Below are positions 39,352-52,865 of a DNA stretch of 64,000 bases, in pieces (the stretch's first letter is position 1; every line of letters begins with the position of its first letter). The notes beneath the pieces were generated by a model, which was given only the letters and a program-made list of their open reading frames with translations, was not told where the DNA came from and ran no database searches. A program made the position numbers and the translations under genes. Where the stretch lies: NCBI GenBank assembly GCA_964016885.1, contig OZ024741.1:136338001-136402000 (forward strand), read 5' to 3'. Origin of the DNA: Eledone cirrhosa. Its lineage: Eukaryota.

Positions 39352-39533
39352 GTTTCTACTTTTGGCACAAGGCCAGCAATTACCCAGTACATTACTGGTA
39401 CTTTATTTTATCAACCCCGTAAGGATGAAAGGCAAAGTTAACCTCGGCGGGATTTGAACTCAGATCATAAAGGGCCGTGACTCTATGCGTCAAAGCATGG
39501 CGTCCGACCCTCTACCGATACTGCCAATCCCCC
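39352..39533 (-). mobile_element. Family-1 SINE
   Basis: Reverse complement of the family consensus. Confidence 0.9.
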
Positions 39534-42500
39534 TAAAAATTAATGTGGTGGTGATTAATGTGGTGGTGTTGGCGTCAGGTATTTATTTCCAGCTTTTTGC
39601 TTTTTTTTATCTTTGTAGTCATATTCCTGTCATTAGAAACAAACATAACCTTACTGTAGTTTATCTCCTTTTAGTACTTAGTCAGTGAGGGAATCACAGT
39701 GCCCATGGCACTTTTTACGGCATTAATGAAAGCTAGCACAAGGAGAGAAATATGTCTGCAAACCGGAAACCCGACCCATATATTTTCAAGAGTGGACTGC
39801 TAAAGGCATCTAAGGACCAAGTGGTGGCGTTAAACCGGTCGATAAATTAAGCTTGTGTTATGTATGATATTAGTTCTGCAGTTATTTCTCTGTTAAGATT
39901 GATTCCACGAACTATTGTTTAAGTTATTCTAGAATAATGTTTCACTACACGAGGTGAGCTGCGTACTAGTTCTATGTAGGATGTCATCTTTTCAAATATG
40001 TTTGTATTTATTTTACAGAAGAGTTAGAAGGGATTAATGCGTTAAATCGAGGTGGGTTGAGGCTTTTCTTTGATCGAGAGAAAGAAGATGGTGTCGACAC
40101 CTTCTCTCGCTCTCTCTCCCTCTCCTCATCTCTATCCATCTCTCCTGCACTCTCTCTCTCTCTCCCTCTCTCTCCAGTTGCCAAATACCTCTTATGTAAA
40201 TATATATATGAGGAAAATATGTGCCAAATAAAATTCATAATAATAATACTAATGATATATATAAGCGGAGAGAGAAAGAGTGAGAGATATAAATAAATAA
40301 GCAAATACAAGGAATTGCAAACTGATAATCAGATAGATAAGCAGACATACGGACGTCAACGACAATAAGTAATCACAAAGATACTAGATACAGGCGTGTA
40401 TATTTTTAAGCTAAACATTTACTTTCCTTCATATTCTCGATATTTCTAATCTATACACAACCTCAAATATACTAGGTGATATGACTTGGTAATATGCCAT
40501 TGCTTCAATACCACTGCTGCTGATGTAAGGACACCAGGCTTAAAGGTTTACGGTCAAAAGGTGAGGAGTTGAATTTTCGCCGCCGACTTCCACTCAGGAA
40601 CAAAATAAACTGCACCTTTAATTCAAATAGTTAACCATGTCACATAAGCTGTCTCGCTGAATCTCCCTGATAACTACGTTAACTGTGTACGTGTCTGTGG
40701 AATACTCAGCCACTTTCAAGTTAATTTTATGTTTACGATCTTAAACTCGTGAATTTAATTCTCAGCAGCGCTTTCTATCATTGAAGGTGACAATTTTACA
40801 TATTCCATTCCACTCTGCTTATTAAAGAGGAGTTATACCTGTAATTCAATTAGCCATGCACATCACACACGGTATAACGCTGAATTTCTCTCACAACTAC
40901 GCAAAGTGTACACGTGTATGTGTATGTGTGTGTGTGTGTGTGGAATTATCAGCCACGTAATTTTGCGCGTTAGCAGGTTGTTCAATTGTTGGAACAATTG
41001 TAACGTTCATCGTCTGAATCGACGGAGGTCCAACACATCACTACTGCTGATACATCCATCTTTATCACGTTCTCCCCCTTTTCTCTCTCTCTCACCTTCC
41101 CTTCCTTTTACTCTTAATATAGAACTGCAAAGCAATGATAACCTTGATATATTAATCAATATGTCACTTTGTCATTTATATGGCTTTATGTAAACTGAGC
41201 CGAGTTTGCTATTTCAACTCCCCAAAAATTAGAGATTCTTGCTTTGGGACGATTCTCTTAGTTAAAGCGACAGGTAACAAAAATAACAACGGGAAACTGA
41301 TGATTCGTAAAAGAGAACAGAAAACAATACGTGGCTGTGAATCATATGACTTGTTAAAAATAAAATGTTATAAGAGTAAGATGAAAAATTCTAAAATAAA
41401 TATAGAAATAATAAAAAAAATACAAGATATTTTAAAATGTTTCTCTTGTTTCTGCACCAGACTGTGACGTCAACTACCTGCATGTCCCACATATATTAAA
41501 TATAATATTATAGCATTAGTAAGATTCAGTTAGTCTCAGAGACATGAAGCAAGTCAAGTCAGCCTGAGTGTCAAGCCTGAACGAAGAAATTTCAACATAT
41601 ATTGAAAACCAGCTTTAAAAAGGATATACCCCAAATGATAGACCCACAGAGGAGATAGTAGCCCGACATATATTGTCAGCATTAGAAAATTATACAAGAA
41701 AAATTATAGACCCACAAAACACTTAGTCATATAGCATATATCACATAGACTGAAGACCAACTTTTAAGTTATACCAGAAAAAATAATAAACTCACAAAAT
41801 GCTTAGATATAGAAGACCAACTTTAAAAAAGAATAAGAAGAGAAAATAGTAAAACAAAAAAATCATAAGAAAAAGTATAAAACATTACAAGAAAAACTAA
41901 GAGGAATGGACAGAACATTATAACATATATCACATTTGTTTTTGAATGTGACATGGATTTATTAAACAAGGAGAAAATTAATTATATTGCTAAGAAAAGG
42001 AAAGAAAAAGGGGTTATTCAAACAAGGTGTTTTTTGTTTGTTTTTAAACCCTTTGAAATTTAAACGATCATTTATATTGGAAGTAACTGTGAAAACTGGA
42101 CATTCATTCAGATCATGCGATCTTCTTCGACGGCCGACTCAGTCTACTGGATTGACTGGACTGAGTTAATTTCGAACTCAGAAGAATACATACATATATA
42201 TTGTTTCGGAGATATTCTTCTTTGACGGGGATTACCAGTAATTTCTGCCGGCTGAATTACATAATTCCACCAAACAAACAAAAAAAAGAAAGAAAAAAGA
42301 AACATTTTTCGTGACAAGGATACAATTAATTTCCTTTACTCAGTCCAGAGGCAGTAGAGGCTTGACTTGCTTCATTGTTTTGTTTTTCTAATTTTATTCT
42401 GAGTAGAAGAATAAAATTGGAAAAACAAACCTTTTCGAAAATATGTATCAAATAATTCTAAATGATGGATTATTAATGATACATGGAGATGTTGCTTTAC

Positions 42501-42565
42501 CACAAACCGTCTTTCGATAATGGATATAGGCTAAATCGTTTCAAAGATACGTGTGCATAAATACA

Positions 42566-42615
<50 letters not shown>

Positions 42616-43009
42616 TGTGCCTGTACGTATATATACGTACACATATGTAGCTTTCTTAAATGTAAGTACAAATTTTCTTTTCTTTTATGCAATTCATATC
42701 TTTTTGTGGAATTGTTAATGCGGTGTCGTTTCTAAAACATGAGTAGTGTGTGAAACAGAATGTTTCGATTGTGCATGACGTTTTCCTCGATATCATAATG
42801 CAAATCAGAATAGAGGGTGGGGGATGAATTATAAAAATCTTGTTATATTCATATTTTTCCTTAAATCGAAGTTAGCTGCTCATATATAGTGTCCTGTCTA
42901 GTGATGAAGAGAGTCTTGGAAAGTCAATATATTGGGCCATCTACTATGAAATTTGTATAAATTTGTTTTTTTTCTGCCAGTTTCTACAAATTTCATACTT
43001 GACGACCCA

Positions 43010-43044
<35 letters not shown>

Positions 43045-44013
43045 AACTTTATAAAGAAAACGGTTTTGTATTACTGAATGAGAAGCGGTTTCAAAAAGTT
43101 TGATATCAACAGGGAAAACGTCAATGGATTAGACATCTATTAGATATTTCATTTGATACTGTTTCACTACTCCAACTTCAATTATAACGAGAAAGTATAA
43201 GAAACATTTTCATTGTAAACATTTATAAATCTTCATTTAAAGAAAATATTTCTTTAAGCAACGTTTCACAATCTTTTCCTCATCTCAGTCACGATTTACT
43301 TATATCTATCTTTTCACTAAAATTAGTTTTATTAACGCTATTGGGACTTCAATTAACCATCAATATCAAATAACTATTGAAGCATTTCATTTGGTTGTGA
43401 TTAAGTAAAAAAGGATTGCTGCTAACTTCTGTGTATCGGAATTAACATCATTCATAAATTAACAATTTAATTTAAAGTTATATATATATATATAATGAAG
43501 TTTTTTCTATCAAATTTCCTCATTACACTTATAATTATTTTTCTGTGTTTTTAACATTTACTATTGCTTAATTTGTTTTAAATCTAACACTTACAAATAG
43601 ATTGAATTTTTATTTTTAACGAAAGAGGAGAAAAGTATTGTTAAGACTGTTTAAAACAATTTTTAGTTAACCACTCAACTGTATGCTTCTAGGTTGAGGT
43701 TGATAGTGGTTACATCGTTAATGCAGAAAAAATACAAAACTTATCTGACGGCTATATCAATCTGTATATATTGTTGTTGTCATAGTTATAAAGTAATTTA
43801 CCGAACAACTATATTTTCAAATTTGAGCCAGCAGATAATTAAACGCTACATAAAAATACTCTTTATCTTATTTATTTATTATTTTTTAATACGATAGAGG
43901 ATCCTCCGTCTGTTTTGAGGTTGAGCATTGAGTTTGATCAACTGAACGTGCAACCCCTGATTGAACGTGTAAACATTTGAATATTTCACCTCCTAACGTA
44001 ATTCTGAATGTAA

Positions 44014-44228
44014 TTCTACATTAGGCACAGGACCAACAATTTCTTTTTGGGGGAGGGGCGAGAAAGATTAAATCTAACCAAGTGCATTACTGGTTTATTT
44101 TATCAACCCCGTAAGGATGAAAGGGAAAGCTAACCTCGGTGGAATTTGAACTCAGAACGTAAAGTATTGTAACTCTATGCCACTAAGCATGTTGTCCGAT
44201 GCGCTACCGATTCTGCCAATCCACCGCC
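44014..44228 (-). mobile_element. Family-1 SINE (older)
   Basis: Core and A/B boxes on the minus strand. Confidence 0.85.
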
Positions 44229-44569
44229 ATATAGCAATATATAATAATGACATGGTTTGATTGTTGAATTGTAGAGGCAATCCTTTAGACGGACTTCCAT
44301 ACAATTTCCGTGTGTCCAATTAAACTCCCAACGTTTTGGTTCACCTCAGGCTATAGTAAAGTATCTTGCCTTAGACGCCAGGTTACGGGGTCGAACCGGA
44401 GACTAAAGCGAAATTCTTAACCATTCAACCATGACTGAGCCCTCACTGATTCAATTCTATATGGCTATCAAAGATAGCTTAATTAGTTCTGGTATTATAA
44501 GTGCAATTAATATTTGGTTCAAATTTTAATTTCTGCTATGGCATTATCATGTCCCGTAACTGATGCAGC

Positions 44570-44885
44570 CAGTCGATGGGCTACCATTTTATACGTTTTG
44601 TCAGTCAACAGGAGCCATTTGCCTTTTTCTTCTATCATGCAAATAGGTCGTGTTGTTGAAACCTGTCCAGTCTTTGTCTGCCTTTCCTTGGTCCTCCCTC
44701 ATCTGTGTCCTGAAGAATAAGTGTTCACAGAGTGTTATGGCTGGCTATATGTCAGTATCAAACAAACCCACATCATTTTATTGTTGCGTGGGTTTGTTCC
44801 TGCCTGTCAATATATGTGTTGACCTACAGTATGATAAAACCATTTGTCTTATGCCTTGTGTTCTGGATCCGTAGCAGCCTTCTGA
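44570..44885 (-). pseudogene. Degenerate RTE/BovB-type LINE C-terminus
   Basis: Minus-strand RLLRI ... HIASHNTL*TLILQDTDEGGPRKGRQR resembles the RTE terminal motif GHVTRH..TILQGTVEGGRRRGRQR. Confidence 0.55.
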
Positions 44886-45137
44886 AACATATGTTGTATA
44901 CTTATCAAAGCTAATTATAGACACTCCATATATAAAATAAGATAAAGATTTATACTGATGAGCACATTGCCACATTTTTTGTCGACAGAAAATTTCTCAA
45001 TGCACAATTTGTAAATATTTTATTAACCTCTAGGGGGATTAAATTTAATGCCAATCTTGAGAGGAAGAAAGCTATATAATGGTGGGCGTTCCGCCTGTCG
45101 TTTTAACATTATCCCATATATTTATATATATATATAT

Positions 45138-45324
45138 AACTAAGGAATTGTTATATATATGGACCATAACGCACCAGAGTACTCAATACTTAGGGTAGTA
45201 GAGTGGGTAATAGGAAACGGTATGACCCCGACGGCAGAGCTCAAGCCGTTTCGATGGCTATTTCTGGACCTAAATAGCCGTCAAAACGGCTTGAGCTAGC
45301 TCTGCCATCGAGGTCATACCTTTT

Positions 45325-45328
<4 letters not shown>
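45138..45328 (-). mobile_element. Fold-back mini-element family A
   Basis: Tail + hammerhead 3' half + inverted arm ending TTCCTA(TA)n. Confidence 0.82.
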
Positions 45329-45369
<41 letters not shown>

Positions 45370-48300
45370 CACCCGATTTGCCGGTTTGTCCTGTGTCGTT
45401 TCTGGGAAAATAAAGAGCAGTTATGAACAAACTGTAACCGACGGGCCGCATGCTGCTCGTTTGGTATTCGGAATGGTTCGCATAATTTCAAAATTGCCTT
45501 GAATATTTTAGTAGCACGACTCACCTTATGATAAGCCATATCCTATGTGACCCACAGCTCAAGTCAGGCTGCCCATGCCTCATATAGAGTGAATATGGTG
45601 AGAAAGTAAGTGGGAGAATTAACATAGAAGTTAAAGAATAAGTATCTCCACTAAGACCTTTTTAAAGTTGATATCCTCCGTCAGAATGATACTATCTTTC
45701 TACCCGTCTTTTTTTTTCATTACGATACAAATACTGCTATCAACATTTATGAAGATGATTTACCATATCTATATCGCTAATTCAATGTTATAAATACAAA
45801 TCACATCATGATTGATTATTATTTCTCTCTTTATGGTAACTCTTAATATTAATACTTAATATTAATAACCTAATCTATTCTGTTCACGCCCTCTTACCAA
45901 AATCGAAGAGATGGTGGTCTGTACATCAAACTTGTAGATTGGTATTGATTTTACATTCAGTATTGATTATTTATTGATAATTGTGTGATTGATATCTGCA
46001 TTAAGTAGTTTTCGTTCTTTAAGGATAGTATAATATATTCCTATTTCACTGGTTCTAACATGAGTTCTGGCTATGGTGAATTCGGAATGTCGCTAGCACG
46101 TCGGATTAAATGCCTCTAAGTTCAAATCCCACCAAAGTTAAATTGGTCTTTCATCATTTTAGGGTTGATAAAGTGACATCATTCTAAAATAAAGGGTCGA
46201 TAAATAAAGTGACATCATTCTAAAAGAAGTAATTGTTAAAGAGTCGGGCGGAATGATTTGTGATAGGTTATTCTGCATTCTGAGTTCAAATCCTGCTGCC
46301 TCGAATTTTGCGTGGCACAGATTATCACCAATGGAAAGGGCAATAGAAACATAGCTTCTTTGATTCGATCTAACGTCCGGCACGCTGTTCTTTCCTTTCC
46401 TAAGATCAATTTCTTCTGTGCTTTATTCAATTAACAGAATATGTATACGTTTCCTTCTAAAGATTTCTTCTCATATTCCTCCGTACACTGGTTTGATAAA
46501 AAGTTTATTGTTTATATGAAAGAAAACGTCTATATCTCTTACCGTTGGTTCCTTTCTCAACGGTTCAATTGAATATTCTAGATATATTTCTATATATTGT
46601 ATATGTTTTCTGTCGAGGGGTAGTTTTTATTATAGGATAGCCTCTAGAAAAAAACAACAAAACAAAAAAAACACGAAAGCTTTACTATTTCGTAGATTGA
46701 CAAGATTTCAGCCATTTCAGATTTAGAATTGTGGATGATTTTGTGAGTTTGTTTCTTGGAACATTTATCAAATTTTTAAAGATATTTAGTTGAATCAAAC
46801 GCAAAATAATAGTTCAATACATGTGAACAGTCAGTTATTTTTACGGTTCGTATCTGTGGAATGTTCGATTATGTTTATATATAGATTCGTATTGACTTAT
46901 TTTATTATGCCAAAACATTTCATAAACGTTATATAGAAACGTTGTTTCGCGGTAAACCAGGAGAAAGTTTGAACCCGTGTATGGATGGTGTCAGTGTATG
47001 TAAGTAAAGGGTGAGATAGAGAAACTCCATATAGTATCATCTATGTAGGTGCCTGTATGCTAGATCATAATATACGTCATTGTTTGTTGAAATATGTACT
47101 GAAATGAGGGTAGAATATTTCGCAGAAAGAGACACAAATTACTTTCTCTTGATTCAAGGTGTTTCAATTATATCTGTTTAAATGTCAAGGGTATTTTGGT
47201 ATTGTGTAACATCAATAAGCTGGTGTTGTGAGGTTTGAAGTCGTGTTGCGTAATGGTCAGCGGGTTCAGCTCACGATTGTGAGTTCGTTTCTCTGCGGAG
47301 TATTGTGTCCTTGAATAAAACACTTCATATTATTTTCCTCCTCCAGTCAGCTCAGCTGGCAAAAATATGTTTTACCTGTAATACAAAAGACCAGCCTCGT
47401 CACACACACTGCCATATCAGATCTCTCTGAGAACTACGGTAAAGCTAAAAGTGTTTGTAGATTGCTCAGCAAGTTACATGTTAAATCCACTAGTAGGTTG
47501 CTCCGTTGTGCCGAAGGCTGGAACAATCGTCGTCGGAACGGACGGAGATCTAACCATCAGTATCATTGTGAAACTCATAGATATAACAGTCAACCATTTT
47601 TATAGTCGGGGAAGGGCATCATAGAAGATGGGGTAGTGTAGTTTCAGGATTCTCCCTCAAATATCAGTTTATATCTTAAAGTTTATCTAAGAGTTGAATC
47701 CCTTACATGTTGATATGCACTTTTAAGTTAAAAGCATTCAATCAATGGCTTCTTACATATATGATATCTGATCCGAGATACAATAGATTAGATTCTCTTG
47801 TTCTACTGGAAATCAATATATTTGTCACATTAGAATTCTTCACAGGATATTGTTTTACATGTTCAATAATTTGAAGAAAGAAAATGGATGTGCCGTATTG
47901 CCTTTTTGTGTTATAACAATATCCTAGTTTCTAATCCAACTACAAACACTTTTTTCTTTCTTTGTCAGTTTTGTTTCGTAAAGTTGCTCATCTACACGAG
48001 TTGTATACGAATAACGACCATGCAGACCGATTGCTGACAGAAGGGGGGGGGGGGGGACTGTTTTCTATGTTGACACTTTTGATAACAAACTGCTTGAAAC
48101 CGCACGTGAATCTATGATACAAAATTGTATAAGTGTTTATATTTATCTACAAACCACCCATTATAATTTTTCATGTATGTATATTTAAGCTATGTTCCAA
48201 AAAACACCTTAATAATGAGAAAATTACATACATTACTAAGTTTTTTAATATTTGTTTAAATTATTTGCAATATGATACCGAAATGAATAAAACGAATTTC

Positions 48301-48916
48301 CGCGTGGGCCTTCATTTTCTCACAATAGTGAGAGATGGTGAGAGATGGAGGCAGTGACAGTGGGAGTTTCGTTCTTTTGTGTTCGAACCTGGTGTATATA
48401 TGTATATACAAGAGAACGAGCCTACCGACGTTTAATGTTCACATTTGAATATATACTACGTCAATTTTGAAAAAGACACTCAACTACCCTTGGTTCTATG
48501 ATACATAATTGTTTGTTTTATAACACATCATATACAATAAATGATAGACTAGTTTTATTAAAATTGTCTATTATAGTTAGATAGCAGGTAAATGCGCAAT
48601 TCTATTACTATGAATAGACAGATAAAAATGAAATATACATTCATTTAGTAGGTACGAAATAGTTATACAATATATGTGTGTGTGTAAATGTTATCCTAAA
48701 TGTAATTGAATATATAGAAATAGATCACATAGGTTAAATAAATATATTTGATTATTCCATTAAATAAACATTCCTGAAAGAGCAAATTTTAGACGTCTAA
48801 AATAAAATTTAATGCACTGCTCAGTATTGCATACATGGTTATGTATGTACTTATATATGTATATATGTATGTATATATGTATATACTTATGTATATATGT
48901 ATATACTTATACATAT

Positions 48917-48952
<36 letters not shown>

Positions 48953-48953
<1 letters not shown>

Positions 48954-49156
48954 ACGAAGGAAATGTGGTAAGGAACCAGGTGGACCATAACGCACCAAAG
49001 TACTCAATACTTGGGGTAGTAGAGTGGGTAATAGGAACCAGTAAGACCCCGACAGCTGAGCTCAAGCCGTTTCGACGGCTAATTCTGGACTAAGTCTTTT
49101 AGTCCAGAATTAGCCGTCGAAACGGCTTGAGCTCAGCTGTCGGGGTCTTACTGGTT

Positions 49157-49161
<5 letters not shown>
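48953..49161 (-). mobile_element. Fold-back mini-element family A
   Basis: Perfect 63-bp inverted arms 49031-49093 / 49099-49161; about 80-bp tail; (TA)n on both sides. Confidence 0.88.
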
Positions 49162-49199
<38 letters not shown>

Positions 49200-49205
<6 letters not shown>

Positions 49206-49691
49206 GTGTGTATGTACTTATATATATATATATTTATGTGTGTATGTACTTATTCATATATATATATACTTATGTTATGTATGTACTTATATATATATAC
49301 TTATGTTATGTATGTACTTATATATATATACTTATGTTATGTATGTACTTATATATATATATATGTTATGTATGTACTTATATATATATACTTATGTTAT
49401 GTATGTACTTATATATATATACTTATGTTATGTATGTACTTATATATATATGTTATGTATGTACTTATATATATATACTTATGTTATGTATGTACTTATA
49501 TATATATACTTATGTTATGTATGTACTTATATATATATATACTTATGTTATGAATGTACTTATATATATATACTTATGTTATTTATGTACTTATATATAT
49601 ATATATTTATGTCTGTATGTACTTATATATATATATATATATATACTTATGTATGTACTTATATATATATACTTATGTATGTATGTACTTA

Positions 49692-49710
<19 letters not shown>
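49200..49710. repeat. About 29-bp minisatellite derived from (TA)n
   Basis: Unit (TA)nCTTATGTTATGTATGTACT. Confidence 0.93.
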
Positions 49711-49725
<15 letters not shown>

Positions 49726-49871
49726 TTTTGAGTATATGTTGGTTGTATACCTTACCAAGTATGCAGATTGGAGCACTCGACGGTTTGCGCAGGTTGGTTT
49801 GGTTACTCCGGAGTAATGTAAAATAAAATAAAATAAATAAATCAAATGTTTAAAATGTGGCTTCGTTTATT

Positions 49872-49938
49872 ACTGCTATATATATTTTTATATATATTTC
49901 GGTGTCAGCCATCTTTGGCTGTGACCTCTTCAGGCAGT
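49872..49938 (-). ncRNA. Type I hammerhead ribozyme (family D) with an extended stem III
   Basis: ACUGC-CUGAAGA-GGUCACAGCCA(aaga)UGGCUGACACC-GAAA-UAUAUAU(aaaa)AUAUAUA-UA-GCAGU. Confidence 0.88.
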
Positions 49939-50034
49939 CCGAATTAGTGTGGTAGACGAGTACACATGTTGTTGAGGTGTATAACTTTGTCAATACTCTG
50001 ATATGCCCAGTTCCTGGTTGGGTTGTTATTTCAT

Positions 50035-50841
50035 AGGAGGAGACACAGGAAAATCACGTGGTACAACCCACCCTACTCAGCAGCCCTAAAGAACAGCTTG
50101 GCCCGATCATTCTTTGGAGCACTTGATAAATGCTTCCCGAGGGACCATAGATACCACAAGATCTTCAACAGACACAGTGTGAAGCTCTCGTATTCCACCA
50201 CGAGAAATCTGGCCCAACAGGAGTAGGCTTAAAAACCACACACAGCCATAAGATGGCAATACAAGCACTCAGCAGAACCATGTGAAAGGAGGGAAGAGGG
50301 GACCCAGTGCCCACCCAAGAAACCCAAACAGACCCGAGGACCCCCCACTGTGCCTGGGGGAAGACCACCATGTAACACTTAACGGGAACCCCAATCTAGG
50401 CACGCAGAGGTCGACCACCCTCTGCAACTGCAGAAACCCCGAATCATGCCACCTTTGTAATGAATGCCTTAAGAAGAATCTAGTGTACGGTTGTAGGGTT
50501 AAAACCTCCAACTCCGAAAACTCTACATAGGAGCCACATCAACGAGCTTTAAAGACCGCTGGTATAACCATCGCCATTCCTTCAATAAGGAGGCCAAAAG
50601 GAAAAGTACGGCCCTCTCCGACCTGATCTGGAAGATTAAGCTGGACAGGACCCTGTACTCTCTGGCCTGCGATAATGAGGTACCACCCGATAAAGGGGGA
50701 TCTTGCATATGCAAACTATGTCTGAACGAAACCCTCGAGATACTAAGAGGTGGAAGCGGCCTGGTAAACCTCAGAACCGACTTCTTCGGGACATGCAGAC
50801 ACCTCAGGGCCGGGACCTTCCTCAATATATATGGACAGTAG
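50035..50841 (+). pseudogene. Penelope-like element (Naiad-like) linker and GIY-YIG endonuclease fragment
   Basis: RKITWYNPPYS...DKCFP..HKIFNRHSVKLSYS; CNCR....C..C..C..NLVY; YIGAT..FKDRWYNH..SF; STALSDLIW; CKLCLNE; CRH; frameshifts. Confidence 0.9.
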
Positions 50842-51005
50842 CAACACAATAAGATGTGAACTCCCCTCAAGCTATAGGGACTTCTCCAGAACATGTAGAC
50901 ACCTCTCGACCAGACCTCCCTCAAGCTATATGGGCAGTAACAACACCATAGGTTGGGAACTCCCCTCAAGCCATAGGGACCAACCCAGGCTGAGCAGACA
51001 CCTTG
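50781..51005 (+). repeat. About 100-bp tandem duplication of the PLE ORF end (about 2.3 units)
   Basis: ACATGYAGACACCTC...GAACTCCCCTCAAGCYATAGGGAC repeated. Confidence 0.8.
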
Positions 51006-52766
51006 ATAGCTTAGAGATTGATTCTGACATGGCCTTTATAATTTGGCCAACATCTTTATAACACACAAACATTTTAATTTAATTGATTTTGGATTTTTCA
51101 TTTTTGATTTCTCATTATTCATTTGTTATTTGTTTTCTGTTTTCTTCACTTTATCACCTTATATTTATATTTAAGTTGAGATTGGTTATAACTCACACAC
51201 ATTTTATTTGATTATCCTATTTCGTTTTATTCTTTTACCATCTTGTTCCTCCTACCACTCTATCCAACATATTTCTGACCTTGAGATTGGTTATATACAC
51301 ATTTTATCTTATTTATTTGAATCTTCATTTTTATTTTTGACTTTTCATTTTTCACTTTTCATTTTCATTTTTCACTTTTCATTTTCCATATTCATTTTTC
51401 ATTATTTTTTCATTACTTTTTCATTAATTTTTCATTTAATCTCCATTTATTATTTATTCTCTGTTTTCTTCATTTTATTGCCTTCTATTTGTTCATATAC
51501 ATGGCAGAACCCCATACACCACCCCATCTCACCACCACCACCACCACTACCACCACGGGAGATGGTGGCAGGATGGATGAAGAAACACACACACAGATAC
51601 TTCTAAATTGTCAGCAGCAGCAAGACATAAGCTGACCACAACACCAACAACACTACCAAAATAAGGGTAGAGGTCAATGTACTTAACAATAGCAAACACA
51701 AACACAAAAGGGAGCCTCACCCCAGAAAGAATTTCTATAGACTTTGGACTGAGGAGTGCTCTCAAAACTGACCAATGGGAAGTTTGACCTTAAAAATCTT
51801 TATAACATTGAGATGGGTATAACACACACACACAATTTTTGGCTTCTCTAACTATATATATATATATATATATATACGTACTTAATTTAATACTATAACA
51901 GAGATAGTTTAACGCTAAACTCCGACTGGTAACCATCTCACTCAACAAACATTAGGTTATATGTTAGTATAACCCAGTTTAAGTGTTTGGGGTGCTAACT
52001 ATATGTATTTTGTGGAAAGCCAGTTGTATTATTTTATGAGATATAATTAAAGTTAAAATATATCTCTCTTTCCAAACAATTACATTATATACGTACTTAT
52101 ATATACGTACTTATATATACATATACTTATGTATGTACTTATGTATGTGTGACAACAACATTGCCATTGTCTAAGCGATTGAAATTTAGGAAAGAAATGT
52201 TTTGTTTTATGTTTTTGTGCTACAGTAATTCTCTTTTATAACACAATGAATATAATGTATATGAATGTGTAGAACGATGTTTTAAATCCATCGCATAATT
52301 CTAACTATGTAGCTTGTTATTATAAAGATGATTTACTCACCTTCACTGTATTTTCAACAACATTATTAATAAATCCAATATAATCTAATATTTAATGTTC
52401 TTAATTAAATAAATAAGTTAATTGATTTTTATTTATGAGAAAACGAAGTGCTGTAAATGATGTCTTAGTGGATTAAAACCATGTAGAAAGCTCCATTAAT
52501 ATTCACAAAAACAAATTCCACCCACATTTAATGATATTCTGTGTAGTAAACAAACACTTGATGATGATTTATTCATAAACAAGTGTTAGGAGGCGAATAT
52601 ATATTCTATAGATAACGCATTAATTTCCTTTTAACCTTTACAACAAACTTATATTATATGGATAAACTACTATCTTTCTCTTAATTATTCGTATAAGATT
52701 GAATAATGTAACTGTGTAAGTAATTTCAAAGGTATTAATGAAGCTCTGCTTATGCTTGTGTGACAG

Positions 52767-52865
<99 letters not shown>

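Noticed and set aside
39675-39840. Potential exon after the polypyrimidine tract TCTCCTTTTAG
   Set aside because: No recognisable protein, a stop in the best frame and a weak donor.
41545-42375. 15-bp inverted repeat ATGAAGCAAGTCAAG/CTTGACTTGCTTCAT around an A-rich, PLE N-terminus-like stretch
   Set aside because: Many stops, no diagnostic motif and no TSD; insufficient support.
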